This document shows positions 30,469 to 41,172 of a stretch of DNA of 64,000 nucleotides, piece after piece. Both the position numbers and the translations under genes were made by a program. The notes under the pieces are model-generated. The model made no database searches and was not told where the DNA came from. It saw nothing but the letters and a program-made list of their open reading frames with translations. Source of the DNA: Patescibacteria group bacterium (GTDB taxonomy: Bacteria; Patescibacteriota; UBA1384; JBBRAU01); contig JBBRAU010000003.1 of assembly GCA_038206475.1 (NCBI GenBank), positions 13,852-77,851 on the forward strand, read 5' to 3'. The first letter of the stretch is position 1; each line of letters begins with the position of its first letter.

Positions 30469-31647
30469 ATGGTTGAGGACAGTCCAGATACACTGCCAAG
30501 ACGGCGTGTGCGCAGCTCGGTCGCTGTGCTAGTGCTACTACTGTCCTTTATTTTTGGTACCGTTGGCGGCATTTTCGGTATTGCCGTGCTCTCCACCAAC
30601 AACTCCTTAAAAACGGCGCTCCATTTAGAAAATGGTTTAACGCTGCCCGCCACCTCAACGAACAAGGTTGTATTTGAGGAGTCAAACGCCGTCATAGACA
30701 CCGTCAAGAAGGTCCAGCCGTCGGTTGTTTCGATCAAAACTAGCCAGAGTGTGCAGAACTTCTTTGGTATCACCCAGACCGTCGAAGGCGGCGGCACAGG
30801 CTTCATTCTGACCGAGGACGGCTTGATTGCTACCAACAAACACGTCGTCTCTGACCCAAAAGTGCAGTACACGGTGTTTACTAGTGACGGCAAGAGCTAT
30901 CCGGCAAAAATTACGGCCGTCGACCCAGTTAATGACTTTGCGGTGCTGAAAATTGACGCTAAGGGCCTGCAGCCGGTTGAGCTGGGTGACTCTGACGGCT
31001 TGGAGGTTGGCCAATATGTGGTTGCCATCGGTAATGCTCTAGCGGAGTTCAAAAATACTGTCACGTTTGGCGTTATCTCGGCCAAAGATCGCCAGGTAAC
31101 AGCCGCCACCGACCAGCTAGGTGGCAACAGCGAAAACTTAGAGGGGTTGCTGCAGACGGACGCCGCTATCAACCCTGGCAACTCCGGGGGGCCGCTGGTG
31201 AATTTAAAAGGCCAAGTGGTAGGCATCAATACGGCCGTGGCGGGTAACGCTCAAAACATTGGTTTTGCCATCCCCATCAACAGTGCTAAGTCAGCCATAG
31301 ATTCTGTCCGGAAGAGCGGTAAAATTATTCGACCACAACTGGGTATTCGTTTTGTCGCTATCACTAAAGAGATTGCAGTCGCCAATAAACTGCCGGTTGA
31401 CCATGGCGCCTTAGTTATTCACGGCGACGCTGTTACGGATTCAGCCGTGATTCCTGGCGGCCCCGCCGATAAAGCGGGCATCAAAGAGAATGATATTATC
31501 ACTGACATTAATAGTCAGAGCATCGATGACGATCACTCACTGCCGTCGCTCCTGCAAAAGTATAACCCTGGCGACACGGTAACCCTCAAGATCTTACATG
31601 GCGGCACCGCACAAACCATCTCGGTCAAGCTGGGTTCAACAGAGTAA
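30469..31647 (+). CDS. htrA: Periplasmic serine protease HtrA/DegP family (trypsin-like plus PDZ)
   Basis: TNKHVV (His), D, and GNSGGPLV (Ser) catalytic triad context. C-terminal PDZ (GALVI...PADKAGIKENDIITDIN). Confidence 0.9.
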   Translation: MVEDSPDTLPRRRVRSSVAVLVLLLSFIFGTVGGIFGIAVLSTNNSLKTALHLENGLTLPATSTNKVVFEESNAVIDTVKKVQPSVVSIKTSQSVQNFFGITQTVEGGGTGFILTEDGLIATNKHVVSDPKVQYTVFTSDGKSYPAKITAVDPVNDFAVLKIDAKGLQPVELGDSDGLEVGQYVVAIGNALAEFKNTVTFGVISAKDRQVTAATDQLGGNSENLEGLLQTDAAINPGNSGGPLVNLKGQVVGINTAVAGNAQNIGFAIPINSAKSAIDSVRKSGKIIRPQLGIRFVAITKEIAVANKLPVDHGALVIHGDAVTDSAVIPGGPADKAGIKENDIITDINSQSIDDDHSLPSLLQKYNPGDTVTLKILHGGTAQTISVKLGSTE

Positions 31648-31662
31648 GACGCACCGTACAAC

Positions 31663-31693
31663 AAAAGCGGCCGAAAGGCCGCTTTTGTATTTT
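31663..31693. terminator. Bidirectional rho-independent terminator between convergent htrA and the large minus-strand gene
   Basis: AAAA-gcggcc-gaaa-ggccgc-TTTTGTATTTT. Confidence 0.6.
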
Positions 31694-31878
31694 GCCTAAT
31701 CACGATTTTAAACGATTACGCTTACAGACATTAGGATTTACGCACTAGTATTGATGCCTCAGGCTCAGGATTGGTACCTATGACTATCGATACAGGTTCC
31801 GCTGCCGAAGACGCGCAGAGCTTGAGTCTAAGGGTTGCCCTGGGCGCGTAAAAATCCGGTTGAATTTCGTCTCTATAC

Positions 31879-33955
31879 CTATTCTCCCCTTGTTTTATCA
31901 TTGAGTGTAAGTGGTGGATTAACAGCAACAATGAGTTCAGCCATTAGATTTGTTTCGCCATCGGCGGTGAGGGTGCCGCTGATACCCATGTTGCGTGCAA
32001 AGAAATTAGTAAGACTCAATGCGAATGGCGTGCCGCCAAGCAAGTGACAGCAGCTACTGAGACTATCAAGTTTGATGCCCCGACTATCGGTAATAGCCAT
32101 TGCCTCGTCAACGGTGACTACGCCTTGGCTCAATTGGTATACTGCGTCCCGATCACTGCCGTTGTCCTCAAAGGGTGCAAGTAGAATGACGAGTGAGCCG
32201 GAGTTAACCTGTTTCAGTTGATTGAGAAAGGCGTCATGAGTGGTCGCGGAGACATAAGAAACGTGACTGCCCGCTCGGCTGGCCCTGGCTAAGATGTTAG
32301 TAATTCTGCTCATTTGGCTCGGACTAATATCTGACGGTCGGTAAGCCTTAACGACAACAATATCGGTCGGTAGAGCTGGTGCGCCATCGGGTGCCATGTC
32401 AAGCAATAATTTGCCGTTGTTAGCTTGTGGAATAGTAAACGATTCCGCCATGCCGTAGTCTGGCAGGTAATCGTTAAGATATTGCTTTGGCACTTGTTTT
32501 TCGGGGTCAACGCGTTGGCCGGTCAACGAGGTCGGTTCCTGGATCAACAGGTCGGATTGTTTGGTGTCATAGATGCCACGGGCAATTTTTACCGTTTTTC
32601 CGTCAAAGTACGTGTAGTTACCATTGCCCGAGCGACTAAAACCCGTATTAATTTGAGTCGGGTCAATTTTCAGGCTGAAGCCGCCAAGCGTCAAGTAGTA
32701 TAAAACATTCTCGATAGCTTCGGTCTTACTTATTTGGGGTTCTGTAAGGTCATTGATGATAAGGTGCATGCTGCCAGCCTGTTGATTTGACGTCGGCGTG
32801 GGTCCCGGTGAGCTGGTCGAGGTAGCAGCCGGGCCATAAGCGACATTCTCTTTCAAGGTTGTGTTATGGAAGTTCTTTTGAGTAAATATTGCACCATAGA
32901 CATTTTCGTCTCGACTACCATCAAACGTCCAGGCTTGTGCGCCCCGTTGAAGGCTGTAACGCCAGCTCTTGGTAAATTTGTCAGTAATAGTAGTTGACGA
33001 ATCCCAGGATATTTTACCGGTCGCAACGTCTGCCACCCCTTTGCCCTGCATGTTCTCCACGTGTTTGAGGCGCGGACAAGAGAGCCTTTCAGTGTGCCGC
33101 GCCCTTGGCCTTCTAGGTGTTGAATTTCAGTGCTCGTGACAGAGCAACCATCAGGACAAAACTTGAGGGATGTCAGCTGGGTGGTGTAGGCAGGACTATT
33201 TTCGCTTGCAGGACCGTTAGGATCCCCAGGAACACTGCGAATACTGAAGCCAGCTTCACCGTTTAAAACCCCCACTACACGTTTCGTCCACGTACTGCCA
33301 CGGTTTAGCTTCACATCTTCGTTGTCACCGAGCCGACTAGCCATATTTTGGCTAAGATTAAGGTTGTAGATGAATGGTGTAACGACATCAGCTTTATCCA
33401 GTGTGGCCTTGTGACTGAGGAATATATTCTCCATTCTCTCAGGAGAGGAGGAGACATAGTTTGCGGTCCCCGTCACTGTTCCACGAATATTAGTCGACTG
33501 ACTCCCAGAGCTACTAACGGTACTATCCTTGTAGATGTACCCGGTGGAAAGTGGACTAAGAGTGACGGTGATTTTGGCGCTTACCTCTAGGCCATTCTCA
33601 CTGGGCCCTCTGCTCCCAAAGGAACATGTGGTGTCACCAACTTGTATTGTCTTACCTACCAAACCATCGTTGGTATTTTCTATGCAGGCTTGGGCACGGC
33701 TGTTCAACATCGTTTGGGTAGTTTCTTTTAAATAGCCTTCAAGTGCGGTGATGCCACCGTGTACTTGTGATGAGATAAGTCCACCGCAGGTGAAATCGGC
33801 GCTCGCTGGAGCACAGGCGTTAACGGTGGGTTTTTGCAGAGTAGCGATATCAATAGTTGAAGCTTGGTCGAGCGCGTTGTCGGCCGAAGAAAAAAAACGG
33901 CCACGTTGAGTGGCCACAAGAACAATAACAATAACGACGAATAGTGCTGAACCAA
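31879..33955 (-). pseudogene. Large (~690 aa) Ser/Thr/Gly/Asn-rich secreted protein gene with disrupted frame; phase-variable or pseudogene
   Basis: Three collinear minus-strand ORFs: 33955-33728 (TTG start, hydrophobic N-terminus), 33917-32853 and 33060-31879. The first junction is at an A8/T8 homopolymer (33891-33898); one extra T would fuse the frames. A second frame break lies near 33060-33100. GC ~48% against ~59% elsewhere. Confidence 0.5.
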
Positions 33956-34039
33956 TAAATTATTGACGACGCGATAGTTTCACATTCCTCCTTATATAGA
34001 TAACTCCAGTCTAACCCACCAACAAGTGGAAGCCAATGG

Positions 34040-34891
34040 TTAAGTCACAATAGAAACTTGGAGGTCTGAGAAAATGTGCTGTAAATCGGCTTTTTGATTG
34101 GCGGCGCATTCGAAAAGCAGGAGAGAGTCTTTAGCTAAATAGGGGTTAATCTGCTGCCTAAGCTGGCGGTATAGCTCAAGGCCATCGGCACCGCCGAGCA
34201 GGGCGACGGCGGGCTCAAGCAGCACCTCTGGCTCAAGTGCCGGCATGATGCCGTCTGGAATGTACGGCAGGTTGCCGAGCACAATATCAAATTTCTGCAC
34301 AGGGACACCTCTGAGCAAATCACTTTCAATAAAAGTAACATTTTTTGTCTCGTGTGCCTGGGCGTTCTGCCTAGCGATCTTGAGCGCGGCGCGGCTAATT
34401 TCCGTGGCGATTATTTGGTACGAAATCCGGCGTCTTTCTAGCTCGTTGGCCAGCGAGATGGCGAGGCAGCCGCTGCCGGTGCCGATGTCTAATATCTGCC
34501 ACCGTTTCGGCGCAGGCGAGGCAGTAATATGGCTGAGTGCTTGCTCAATTAAGGCCTCTGATTCTGGGCGGGGTTGCAAAACATCAGGGGTGATAACGTA
34601 GCGATGGCCATAAAACTCTTTGTAGCCAACGATCATCGCCACCGGCTCGTGAGCCACCCGTCGCGCAATCAGCTTTTGCAGTGCTGGCTCAAGCTGGGCG
34701 GGTGCTGGGTCGGTCATATGCGACAGAAGGCGCTCGGAGCTCCACTCCTGCCCGCTAAGCTGGCTCAAGGCGAAGGCCAGCAACAGGCGAGCGTCTAGCT
34801 TGGCGGTTGGTTTGTTGGCAACCATCAATTCTGCCGCAGCGAGCTGCCACAGAGCCTGCAGCGTTTTAGGCATGGTGTCCGGCGCGGGCAA
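34040..34891 (-). CDS. prmC: Release-factor glutamine N5-methyltransferase PrmC (HemK)
   Basis: SAM motif [14 protein letters not shown] and catalytic GNLPYIP (NPPY-type). Overlaps the prfA end. Confidence 0.8.
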   Translation of the reverse strand: MPAPDTMPKTLQALWQLAAAELMVANKPTAKLDARLLLAFALSQLSGQEWSSERLLSHMTDPAPAQLEPALQKLIARRVAHEPVAMIVGYKEFYGHRYVITPDVLQPRPESEALIEQALSHITASPAPKRWQILDIGTGSGCLAISLANELERRRISYQIIATEISRAALKIARQNAQAHETKNVTFIESDLLRGVPVQKFDIVLGNLPYIPDGIMPALEPEVLLEPAVALLGGADGLELYRQLRQQINPYLAKDSLLLFECAANQKADLQHIFSDLQVSIVT

Positions 34892-35942
34892 GGCGATCAG
34901 CCATGTCGGCTTCGGCTAGGGCGTGAGTCAGCTCGTCAATATCACCGTCTAAGATGCGCGGCAGGCCGTGGGTAGTGTAGTTGATGCGATGATCACTGAG
35001 TCGGTCTTGGGGGAAGTTGTAGGTACGGATCTTTTCCGAGCGGTCGCCGCCGCCGATTTGCAACAGGCGTTCTTCGCCGCGCTCTTTCTGAAGTCGCTCT
35101 TGTTCAGCCGAGAGCAGACGGGCGCGCAGCACGCGCATGGCTTTATCTTTATTTTTGAGCTGCGACTTTTCGTCCTGGCAGGTGACAACCAAGCCGGTTG
35201 GCAGGTGCGTCAGGCGAACAGCCGAGTCGGTGGTGTTAACGCTTTGACCACCATTGCCACTCGAGCGGTAGACGTCGATGCGCAGGTCCTCTGGCCGAAT
35301 GTCAATTTCGGCCGTTTCCGACAGTGGTAGCACGGCCACTGTGGCGGTTGAGGTGTGAATACGCCCGGCTTTTTCTGTCTCTGGCACGCGCTGCACACGG
35401 TGGACGCCGGACTCGAATTTGAGCAGACCGTACGTGCCGCCGCCATGCACCTCAACGACTGCCTCTTTGATGCCGCCAAGTGAGGTTTGGTTCAAGGAGT
35501 CAATCTCCAAATGTAAGCCATGCCGTTCAGCGTAACGGCTGTACATGCGCAGCAGCTCTGAGGCAAACAGCTCAGCTTCATCTCCGCCGACGCCGGAGCG
35601 AATTTCCAGGACGGCGTCGCCAAAGTCATGCGGATCAGCCGGTAGCAGGGCAGTTTGCACCGCCTGCTCAAGTGTCGGCAGTGCGGCCTCGGCCTCATCT
35701 ACCTCGGCTTGAGCCATCGCCTTCAACTCCGTATCAGTTTCGCTGGTCAGCATCTCACGGCCTTCGCGCAGCTTTTGTTCCGTCTGGCGCAACTGGTCAA
35801 ACAAGGCCGCCTGGCTGCTCAGTAGCTTTTCTTCGCGCGAAAGCGGCCCGAGCGATTCGGGTGTGCTTACTGCCGCTTCGTTCAGGCGACGTTGAACATC
35901 GGCCAGGTTGGCACGGAGCGACTGCTCTTCGGTTTCGTACAT
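34866..35942 (-). CDS. prfA: Peptide chain release factor 1
   Basis: GGQ motif ([23 protein letters not shown]) and RF1-type domain order. Confidence 0.9.
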   Translation of the reverse strand: MYETEEQSLRANLADVQRRLNEAAVSTPESLGPLSREEKLLSSQAALFDQLRQTEQKLREGREMLTSETDTELKAMAQAEVDEAEAALPTLEQAVQTALLPADPHDFGDAVLEIRSGVGGDEAELFASELLRMYSRYAERHGLHLEIDSLNQTSLGGIKEAVVEVHGGGTYGLLKFESGVHRVQRVPETEKAGRIHTSTATVAVLPLSETAEIDIRPEDLRIDVYRSSGNGGQSVNTTDSAVRLTHLPTGLVVTCQDEKSQLKNKDKAMRVLRARLLSAEQERLQKERGEERLLQIGGGDRSEKIRTYNFPQDRLSDHRINYTTHGLPRILDGDIDELTHALAEADMADRLARAGHHA

Positions 35943-36016
35943 TATTTCCTCATGCTTGCGCGTTTCAAAAAGAGGCAGGCCAAGTTGGCCACACCTCTTT
36001 ATAATACCGTATTTCG

Positions 36017-36298
36017 TTAGGACGCGGTTTCGGTGGTTTCGGGCCCTGGCGTTTCGGCTGGCTCAGCTTCCGGCCTAGCTTTTTGACTGCGAGCCTGTTG
36101 GGCATCCAGCTTCTGCTTGAAGCGCTCAAGACGACCGGTGGTGTCAATGAATTTTTGGCGGCCGGTGTAGAACGGATGGCAGTTTGAGCACACCTCAACT
36201 TTAATCTCTGGCACGGTCGCGCCAGTCGTAAAGTGGTTACCGCAAATGCAGCTTACCTTGGCCTCTTTGAAGTAGGTTGGGTGGATGTCGTTTTTCAT
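36017..36298 (-). CDS. rpmE: Ribosomal protein L31 (zinc-ribbon type)
   Basis: [10 protein letters not shown]...CxC...[10 protein letters not shown]. Start at the Met 14 residues into the longer ORF. Confidence 0.85.
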   Translation of the reverse strand: MKNDIHPTYFKEAKVSCICGNHFTTGATVPEIKVEVCSNCHPFYTGRQKFIDTTGRLERFKQKLDAQQARSQKARPEAEPAETPGPETTETAS

Positions 36299-36494
36299 AT
36301 AGTTCGTTTCTACCACATCTTGCCGTAAAAATCTAGACACTGAGCCTGTGTTCTGCTAGGGTAAAAACACATCAGCAAGGCCGATGGCTTTGACTACACA
36401 TGTCTGGGAATCATGAAATGAGCAGAGGTTTCTGCTTGCCGACGGCAAGTCACCTCCGTTTCTCCGGGCAGAGGCAAAAGAAAGAAAGGTTTTC

Positions 36495-37307
36495 ATGGTG
36501 CAAACACCAAAGCTGCGGAGCCTGCTTGAAGCCGGTGTCCATTTCGGTCACTCCAAGAGCCGCCGCCACCCGCGGGCGGAGCGCTTTATTTTTACGACGC
36601 GCGACAACACCAGTATTATTAATCTTGAGTCGACGGCTCGCGGGCTAGACGCCGCTCTGCAGTTTATCGAGCAGTTGGCCTCAAGCGGCAAACTGGTGCT
36701 GTTTGTCGCCACCAAGCGCCAAGCCAAGATGATTGTGACTGAAACGTGCAAAAAAGCCGGCATTCCGTACGTGGCTGAGCGTTGGGTAGGCGGCATGCTA
36801 ACCAACTTCAGCATGATTAAGCGCTCAATTGACCGCATGATTTCACTCGAAACCGAGAAAGAAACCGGCTTGTGGCAGAGCTTGCCCAAGCAGGAGGTCT
36901 CGCGCTTGGAGACGGAGCTGCTGCGTCTGCACGTTCAATTTGACGGCGTGCGCAGCCTCACCCGCGTGCCGGATGCTTTGTTTGTGGTTGACGTTCAAAA
37001 CGAGCAAACCGCGCTGCGCGAGGCCAAATCGCTCAACCTGCCGGTGGTTGCTCTGGTGGACACCAATGCTGATCCAACCACCATTGACTACCCGATTCCG
37101 GCTAATGACGACGCTACCAAAGCGCTGGAGTTATTGATTGGTCTCGTTGCTGAGGCGTTCGAATCTGGCCGAGCGAAGCACACCGCTCAGGCCGAGCAAG
37201 CCTCCGCTGCAGCGGCGGCCGCCAAAAATACGCCGACAGTTGCGACGCAGCCAAGTGGCAACGGCAAAAGCGGGGAAGCTGCCGACGCGGCAAAGGAGAC
37301 TGCATGA
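36495..37307 (+). CDS. rpsB: Ribosomal protein S2
   Basis: LLEAGVHFGH...RW.GGMLTNF S2 signature. Acidic, Ala-rich C-terminal tail. Confidence 0.9.
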   Translation: MVQTPKLRSLLEAGVHFGHSKSRRHPRAERFIFTTRDNTSIINLESTARGLDAALQFIEQLASSGKLVLFVATKRQAKMIVTETCKKAGIPYVAERWVGGMLTNFSMIKRSIDRMISLETEKETGLWQSLPKQEVSRLETELLRLHVQFDGVRSLTRVPDALFVVDVQNEQTALREAKSLNLPVVALVDTNADPTTIDYPIPANDDATKALELLIGLVAEAFESGRAKHTAQAEQASAAAAAAKNTPTVATQPSGNGKSGEAADAAKETA

Positions 37308-37759
37308 TCACTGCGGAAATGATTAATAAAATTCGCCAGGAAACCGGTTACGGCTTAATGGATATCAAGCGCGCCTTAACCGAGGCGGGTGGGGATGAGG
37401 TGCAGGCTTTAGAGCTGTTGAAAGCTAAAGGTGCTGAGCGTATGGGTAAACGGGCTGACCGTTCAGCCAACCAAGGGTACATTGATGCTTACAGCCACGG
37501 CGGCCGCTTAGGCGTGCTGGTGGAGGTGAACTGCGAAACTGACTTTGTCGCCAAAAATGAAGATTTCCGCGCTTTTGTGCATGATGTGGCTCTGCAGGTG
37601 TCTTCGATGGGCCCGGCTGACGTGGACGAACTGCTAGCCCAGCCGTTTGTCAAAGATCCGAGTCAAACTGTTGCCGACTTGCTCACCAGCATCGCGCAAA
37701 AGACCGGCGAAAAGGTGACGATCACGCGCTTTGTGCGCTACACACTCGGTGAGAACTGA
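37304..37759 (+). CDS. tsf: Elongation factor Ts (short 151-aa form)
   Basis: MITAEMINKIRQETGYGLMDIKRALTEAGGD is the EF-Ts UBA-like N-domain. 4-nt overlap with rpsB. Confidence 0.85.
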   Translation: MITAEMINKIRQETGYGLMDIKRALTEAGGDEVQALELLKAKGAERMGKRADRSANQGYIDAYSHGGRLGVLVEVNCETDFVAKNEDFRAFVHDVALQVSSMGPADVDELLAQPFVKDPSQTVADLLTSIAQKTGEKVTITRFVRYTLGEN

Positions 37760-37780
37760 ATAAGAACTTTAAACAGGAAG

Positions 37781-37811
37781 AAAAACCCTGGTCCGCGGGC
37801 CAGGGTTTTTT
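37781..37811 (+). terminator. Rho-independent terminator after tsf
   Basis: AAAAA-ccctgg-N8-ccaggg-TTTTTT. Confidence 0.6.
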
Positions 37812-37818
37812 CGAGGGT

Positions 37819-38004
37819 TTACTTCCGGTGACGGGAGCGTCTTTTGTTGGGGGAGGGTTTTGGGGGTCTGGGAGGAGATTCAAATGTGATCATGCCTCGC
37901 CCTTCCTTGATGAGCGTGCCCCACCACGTGGTGCGTATCACTTTACCACCTGAAACGATCTGGACAGGAAAGTTGACATCAAAGCCCTTCTGTAACTGCG
38001 ACAT
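37819..38004 (-). CDS. Small basic hypothetical protein (61 aa, PRPPKPSPNKRRSRHRK tail)
   Basis: GAGGAG RBS 8 nt upstream of the ATG at 38004 on the minus strand. No family recognised. Confidence 0.35.
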   Translation of the reverse strand: MSQLQKGFDVNFPVQIVSGGKVIRTTWWGTLIKEGRGMITFESPPRPPKPSPNKRRSRHRK

Positions 38005-38137
38005 AGACCAAACTCCTCGTCCGGAAATGAAAGAATAAGGCACAAACCTCATCTAAACTACGGCCTTAGTCAAACCCTGTCAAGAGAGCCGACTATTTGC
38101 TAGCGTAAAGAGGAAGTCAGGACAAGCAAGGAGTAAC

Positions 38138-38698
38138 GTGACCTTACACGACATAATCCACCCGCTGAAGCCAAAAATGCAGGACGTCATCACCCATTTT
38201 GAGGGGGAGCTAAAGAGTGTTCGCACCGGCCGGGCTCATGGCGGTTTAGTTGAGAATATTACCGTTAGCTACTACGGTACGGAAACCCCAATTAAGCAGA
38301 TGGCCGGCATCACCGTGCCAGAGGCTACACAGCTGCTCATTACCCCCTGGGACCGCCAGGCGCTTGGCGATATCGAGCAGGCCATTCGGCAGGCTAACCT
38401 AGGTATTAACCCGACCAATGATGGCCAAGCCATCCGGATTATTTTACCAGCGCTGAATGAAGAGCGTCGCCGTGACTTGGTGAAGCAGATAGGCACCATG
38501 GCCGAAACGGCACGCATCAGCCTGCGCAATTTACGTAAAGATGCTTGGGAGCAGGTCCAGAAAGCTGAAAAGAGCGGGGACCTGCCGGAGGATGATCGCT
38601 ATCGTGGTGAAGAAGAGCTGAATAAATTAATTGATGACTTCAACAAACAGGTTGAGGAAAAGGTCAAAGCTAAAGAGCAAGAGTTGATGAGCCTCTAA
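38138..38698 (+). CDS. frr: Ribosome recycling factor
   Basis: Typical RRF length. ...VRTGRAH..L..I.V.YYG motif. Confidence 0.9.
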   Translation: MTLHDIIHPLKPKMQDVITHFEGELKSVRTGRAHGGLVENITVSYYGTETPIKQMAGITVPEATQLLITPWDRQALGDIEQAIRQANLGINPTNDGQAIRIILPALNEERRRDLVKQIGTMAETARISLRNLRKDAWEQVQKAEKSGDLPEDDRYRGEEELNKLIDDFNKQVEEKVKAKEQELMSL

Positions 38699-39762
38699 TG
38701 CTATCCGTTCTTTTTTTACTGCTCTTTTTGTTGGTGCTGGGCGCGCTGGTGCTTATTCATGAGCTCGGCCACTTCTTGATGGCGAAGCAAATGGGTGTGG
38801 CGGTCGAGGAGTTTGCCTTTGGCTTTCCACCGCGACTATGGAGCACAAAACGGGGCGAGACAACCTACTCCGTGAACGCCATTCCGCTTGGCGGCTACGT
38901 TCGATTGCGCGGTGAAGACGGTGAGGTCAACGACAGTCGGTCATTTGCTGGTCAAACACCAGGCAAGCGGGCGCTGATTGTTGTTGCTGGCGTGTTGATG
39001 AATTTGGTGTTCGCTTGGTTGTTGTTGACCCTGTGGTTTGGTGCGGCCGCCATTTGGCCGCCGCCACAAGCTGTTGTCGTCACTGAGGTGTTGCCTAATT
39101 CCGCGGCCAGTGCCGTCGGCTTTGTGGCTGGAGATATTATTCAGTCAGTTGACGCTCAGGCGGCCAGCTCGGTGGCTGCCCTGCAAAGTGCCACCGCCGC
39201 CAAACGTGGTCAGAGCGTACTGGTCGTTTACCGCCATGCTGGGCATATCCAAACCAAAGCTGTCGTTTTGCACCAAGACAGCGCCGCGCTCGGTGTGGCG
39301 GTCGATGAATTAGGTCAAGACGAGGCACCGGACCATGTTTGGCAGGCGCCCTGGGCGGCAGTCCGGGCCATGGCCATTGTTACCTGGTCGACCTTAACGC
39401 TGCTCGGCAGTCTCATCGCCGGCGTATTCGTCAACCACCAGGCCGCCGCCACGGCCAGCGCTAGTGTGGCTGGTCCGGTCGGCATTTACGGCATTTTGGC
39501 CCAAATGGCCGCCCTTGGCTGGTTGTATGTGGTGCGCTTGGTGGGACTGCTGTCGCTGTCGCTGGCCATTTTCAATATTTTGCCCATTCCAGCGCTCGAC
39601 GGCGGCCGCCTGCTGTTTATCGGCCTCGAGAAGTTATTTCGCCGTCGTGTGGTCAAAGTCAAAGTTGAGCAGATTGCCCATCTAGCCGGTTTTGCGTTGC
39701 TTCTGCTTTTGATTGGGCTTATCTCCGCTCGCGACGTGCTGCATCTCGTCCGCGGCAGCTAG
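38698..39762 (+). CDS. rseP: Site-2 protease RseP/M50 family zinc metalloprotease with PDZ domain
   Basis: HELGHFLMAK (HExxH) in TM1, a PDZ segment, and the C-terminal LDGG motif (NILPIPALDGGRLLF). Confidence 0.8.
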   Translation: MLSVLFLLLFLLVLGALVLIHELGHFLMAKQMGVAVEEFAFGFPPRLWSTKRGETTYSVNAIPLGGYVRLRGEDGEVNDSRSFAGQTPGKRALIVVAGVLMNLVFAWLLLTLWFGAAAIWPPPQAVVVTEVLPNSAASAVGFVAGDIIQSVDAQAASSVAALQSATAAKRGQSVLVVYRHAGHIQTKAVVLHQDSAALGVAVDELGQDEAPDHVWQAPWAAVRAMAIVTWSTLTLLGSLIAGVFVNHQAAATASASVAGPVGIYGILAQMAALGWLYVVRLVGLLSLSLAIFNILPIPALDGGRLLFIGLEKLFRRRVVKVKVEQIAHLAGFALLLLLIGLISARDVLHLVRGS

Positions 39763-39777
39763 TATCGAAAGGATAAG

Positions 39778-41007
39778 ATGCATCGTTCACACCTATTTGC
39801 GCCCACCCGCCGCGAAGTCGCGGCTGATCTCGGTAGCGCTAATGCAGAGCTCTTAACTCGGGCCGGCTACATTCGCACCGCCGCGGCCGGTGTGCCAATT
39901 TACTTACCGCTTGGCCTGCGGGTGCTGGAAAAAATTGCACGCATTGTCCGCGAAGAAATGGACGCGCTCGGCGGCCAAGAGGTGATTATGTCGGCCTTGC
40001 AGCCAAAAGAGCTCTGGGAAGAGACCGGTCGCTGGCAAAAGTTAGGCCAAAATGACGTCATGTACCAATTTAAAGACCGCTCAGAGCGCGAAACCGGCCT
40101 AGGCATGACCCATGAAGAGATGGCCATTTCTCTTATCCGTGACGCTCAGCCGTCGTATAAAGATTTGCCGCTAGCCATCTACCAAATTCAAAAGAAATTC
40201 CGCGATGAAGCTCGGGCCAAAGCTGGCTTGCTGCGTGGCCGCGAATTCATCATGAAAGATATGTACAGCTTCCACGTCAGCGAAGCTGATTTGGAAGCTT
40301 TTTACAAACAAGCAATCAGTAGCTACTTGAAGGCGTACGAGCGCATCGGTCTGCCGGTGATCGCGACCATTGCCTCTGGCGGTGTTTTTACCGAGAATCA
40401 CTCGCACGAGTTCCAAACTATCACCGAGGTCGGCGAGGACACTATTTATACCTGCGCCAAGTGCAACCAGGCGATAAACGATGAAATCATTGCTAACTTT
40501 CCGGACGGCTGCCCCAACTGCCACGCTGAGCTTAAACCCGAACGGGCAATTGAGGTGGGTAACATCTTCCGATTTGGCACCGGCTATTCGGAGCAAATGG
40601 GCCTGACCTATACGACCGAAACCGGCGGTCGCGAGCATGTGTGGATGGGCTCGTATGGTATCGGCATCAGCCGGGTTATGGGTACAGTGGTTGAAGTTAG
40701 CCATGACGAGCGTGGCATCATTTGGCCACGGAGCATAGCACCATTTGACGTACATCTGCTTGATTTCACTAAAGACGGCCAAGGTGAGAAGGTGGCACAT
40801 CAGATGAAGGCAGCTGGATTGGACGTGCTGCTGGATGACCGTCCGGTTTCAGCCGGCGAGAAATTGGCCGAAGCCGACTTGTTTGGCATCCCATATCGGG
40901 CCATTATCTCCGAAAAAACCGCGGGCCAGATTGAACTCAAAGCTCGCACGGCTCCTGACGCGCGCGTCATGCTGCTTACTGAAGTAATCTCCACGCTCAA
41001 ACGCTAG
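39778..41007 (+). CDS. proS: Prolyl-tRNA synthetase (short form, no editing insertion)
   Basis: Class II motifs (FRDEARAKAGLLRGREF; GIGISRV). C-terminal anticodon-binding domain. 409 aa. Confidence 0.8.
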   Translation: MHRSHLFAPTRREVAADLGSANAELLTRAGYIRTAAAGVPIYLPLGLRVLEKIARIVREEMDALGGQEVIMSALQPKELWEETGRWQKLGQNDVMYQFKDRSERETGLGMTHEEMAISLIRDAQPSYKDLPLAIYQIQKKFRDEARAKAGLLRGREFIMKDMYSFHVSEADLEAFYKQAISSYLKAYERIGLPVIATIASGGVFTENHSHEFQTITEVGEDTIYTCAKCNQAINDEIIANFPDGCPNCHAELKPERAIEVGNIFRFGTGYSEQMGLTYTTETGGREHVWMGSYGIGISRVMGTVVEVSHDERGIIWPRSIAPFDVHLLDFTKDGQGEKVAHQMKAAGLDVLLDDRPVSAGEKLAEADLFGIPYRAIISEKTAGQIELKARTAPDARVMLLTEVISTLKR

Positions 41008-41172
41008 AGACTCCAACCCGTTTCAGGCCGAAAAGGTCTGCCAAGACGTTTAAATCGCGCAGTAGAGCTGATCATTTTTACTGCGCTCAGCTTGCAATGC
41101 TGTGGCGCATACGCGCCCCTTCAAATGATGCGTCAGTTGTTATTGACAACAAAGATTGTTATTTTTCAATAG

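Noticed and set aside
30312-30893. 193-aa minus-strand ORF
   Set aside because: Lies entirely antisense within htrA, which has a clear catalytic triad and PDZ domain.
34866-35942. Programmed +1 frameshift of a release-factor gene
   Set aside because: The gene is prfA (RF1), which is not frameshift-regulated. No prfB is present here.
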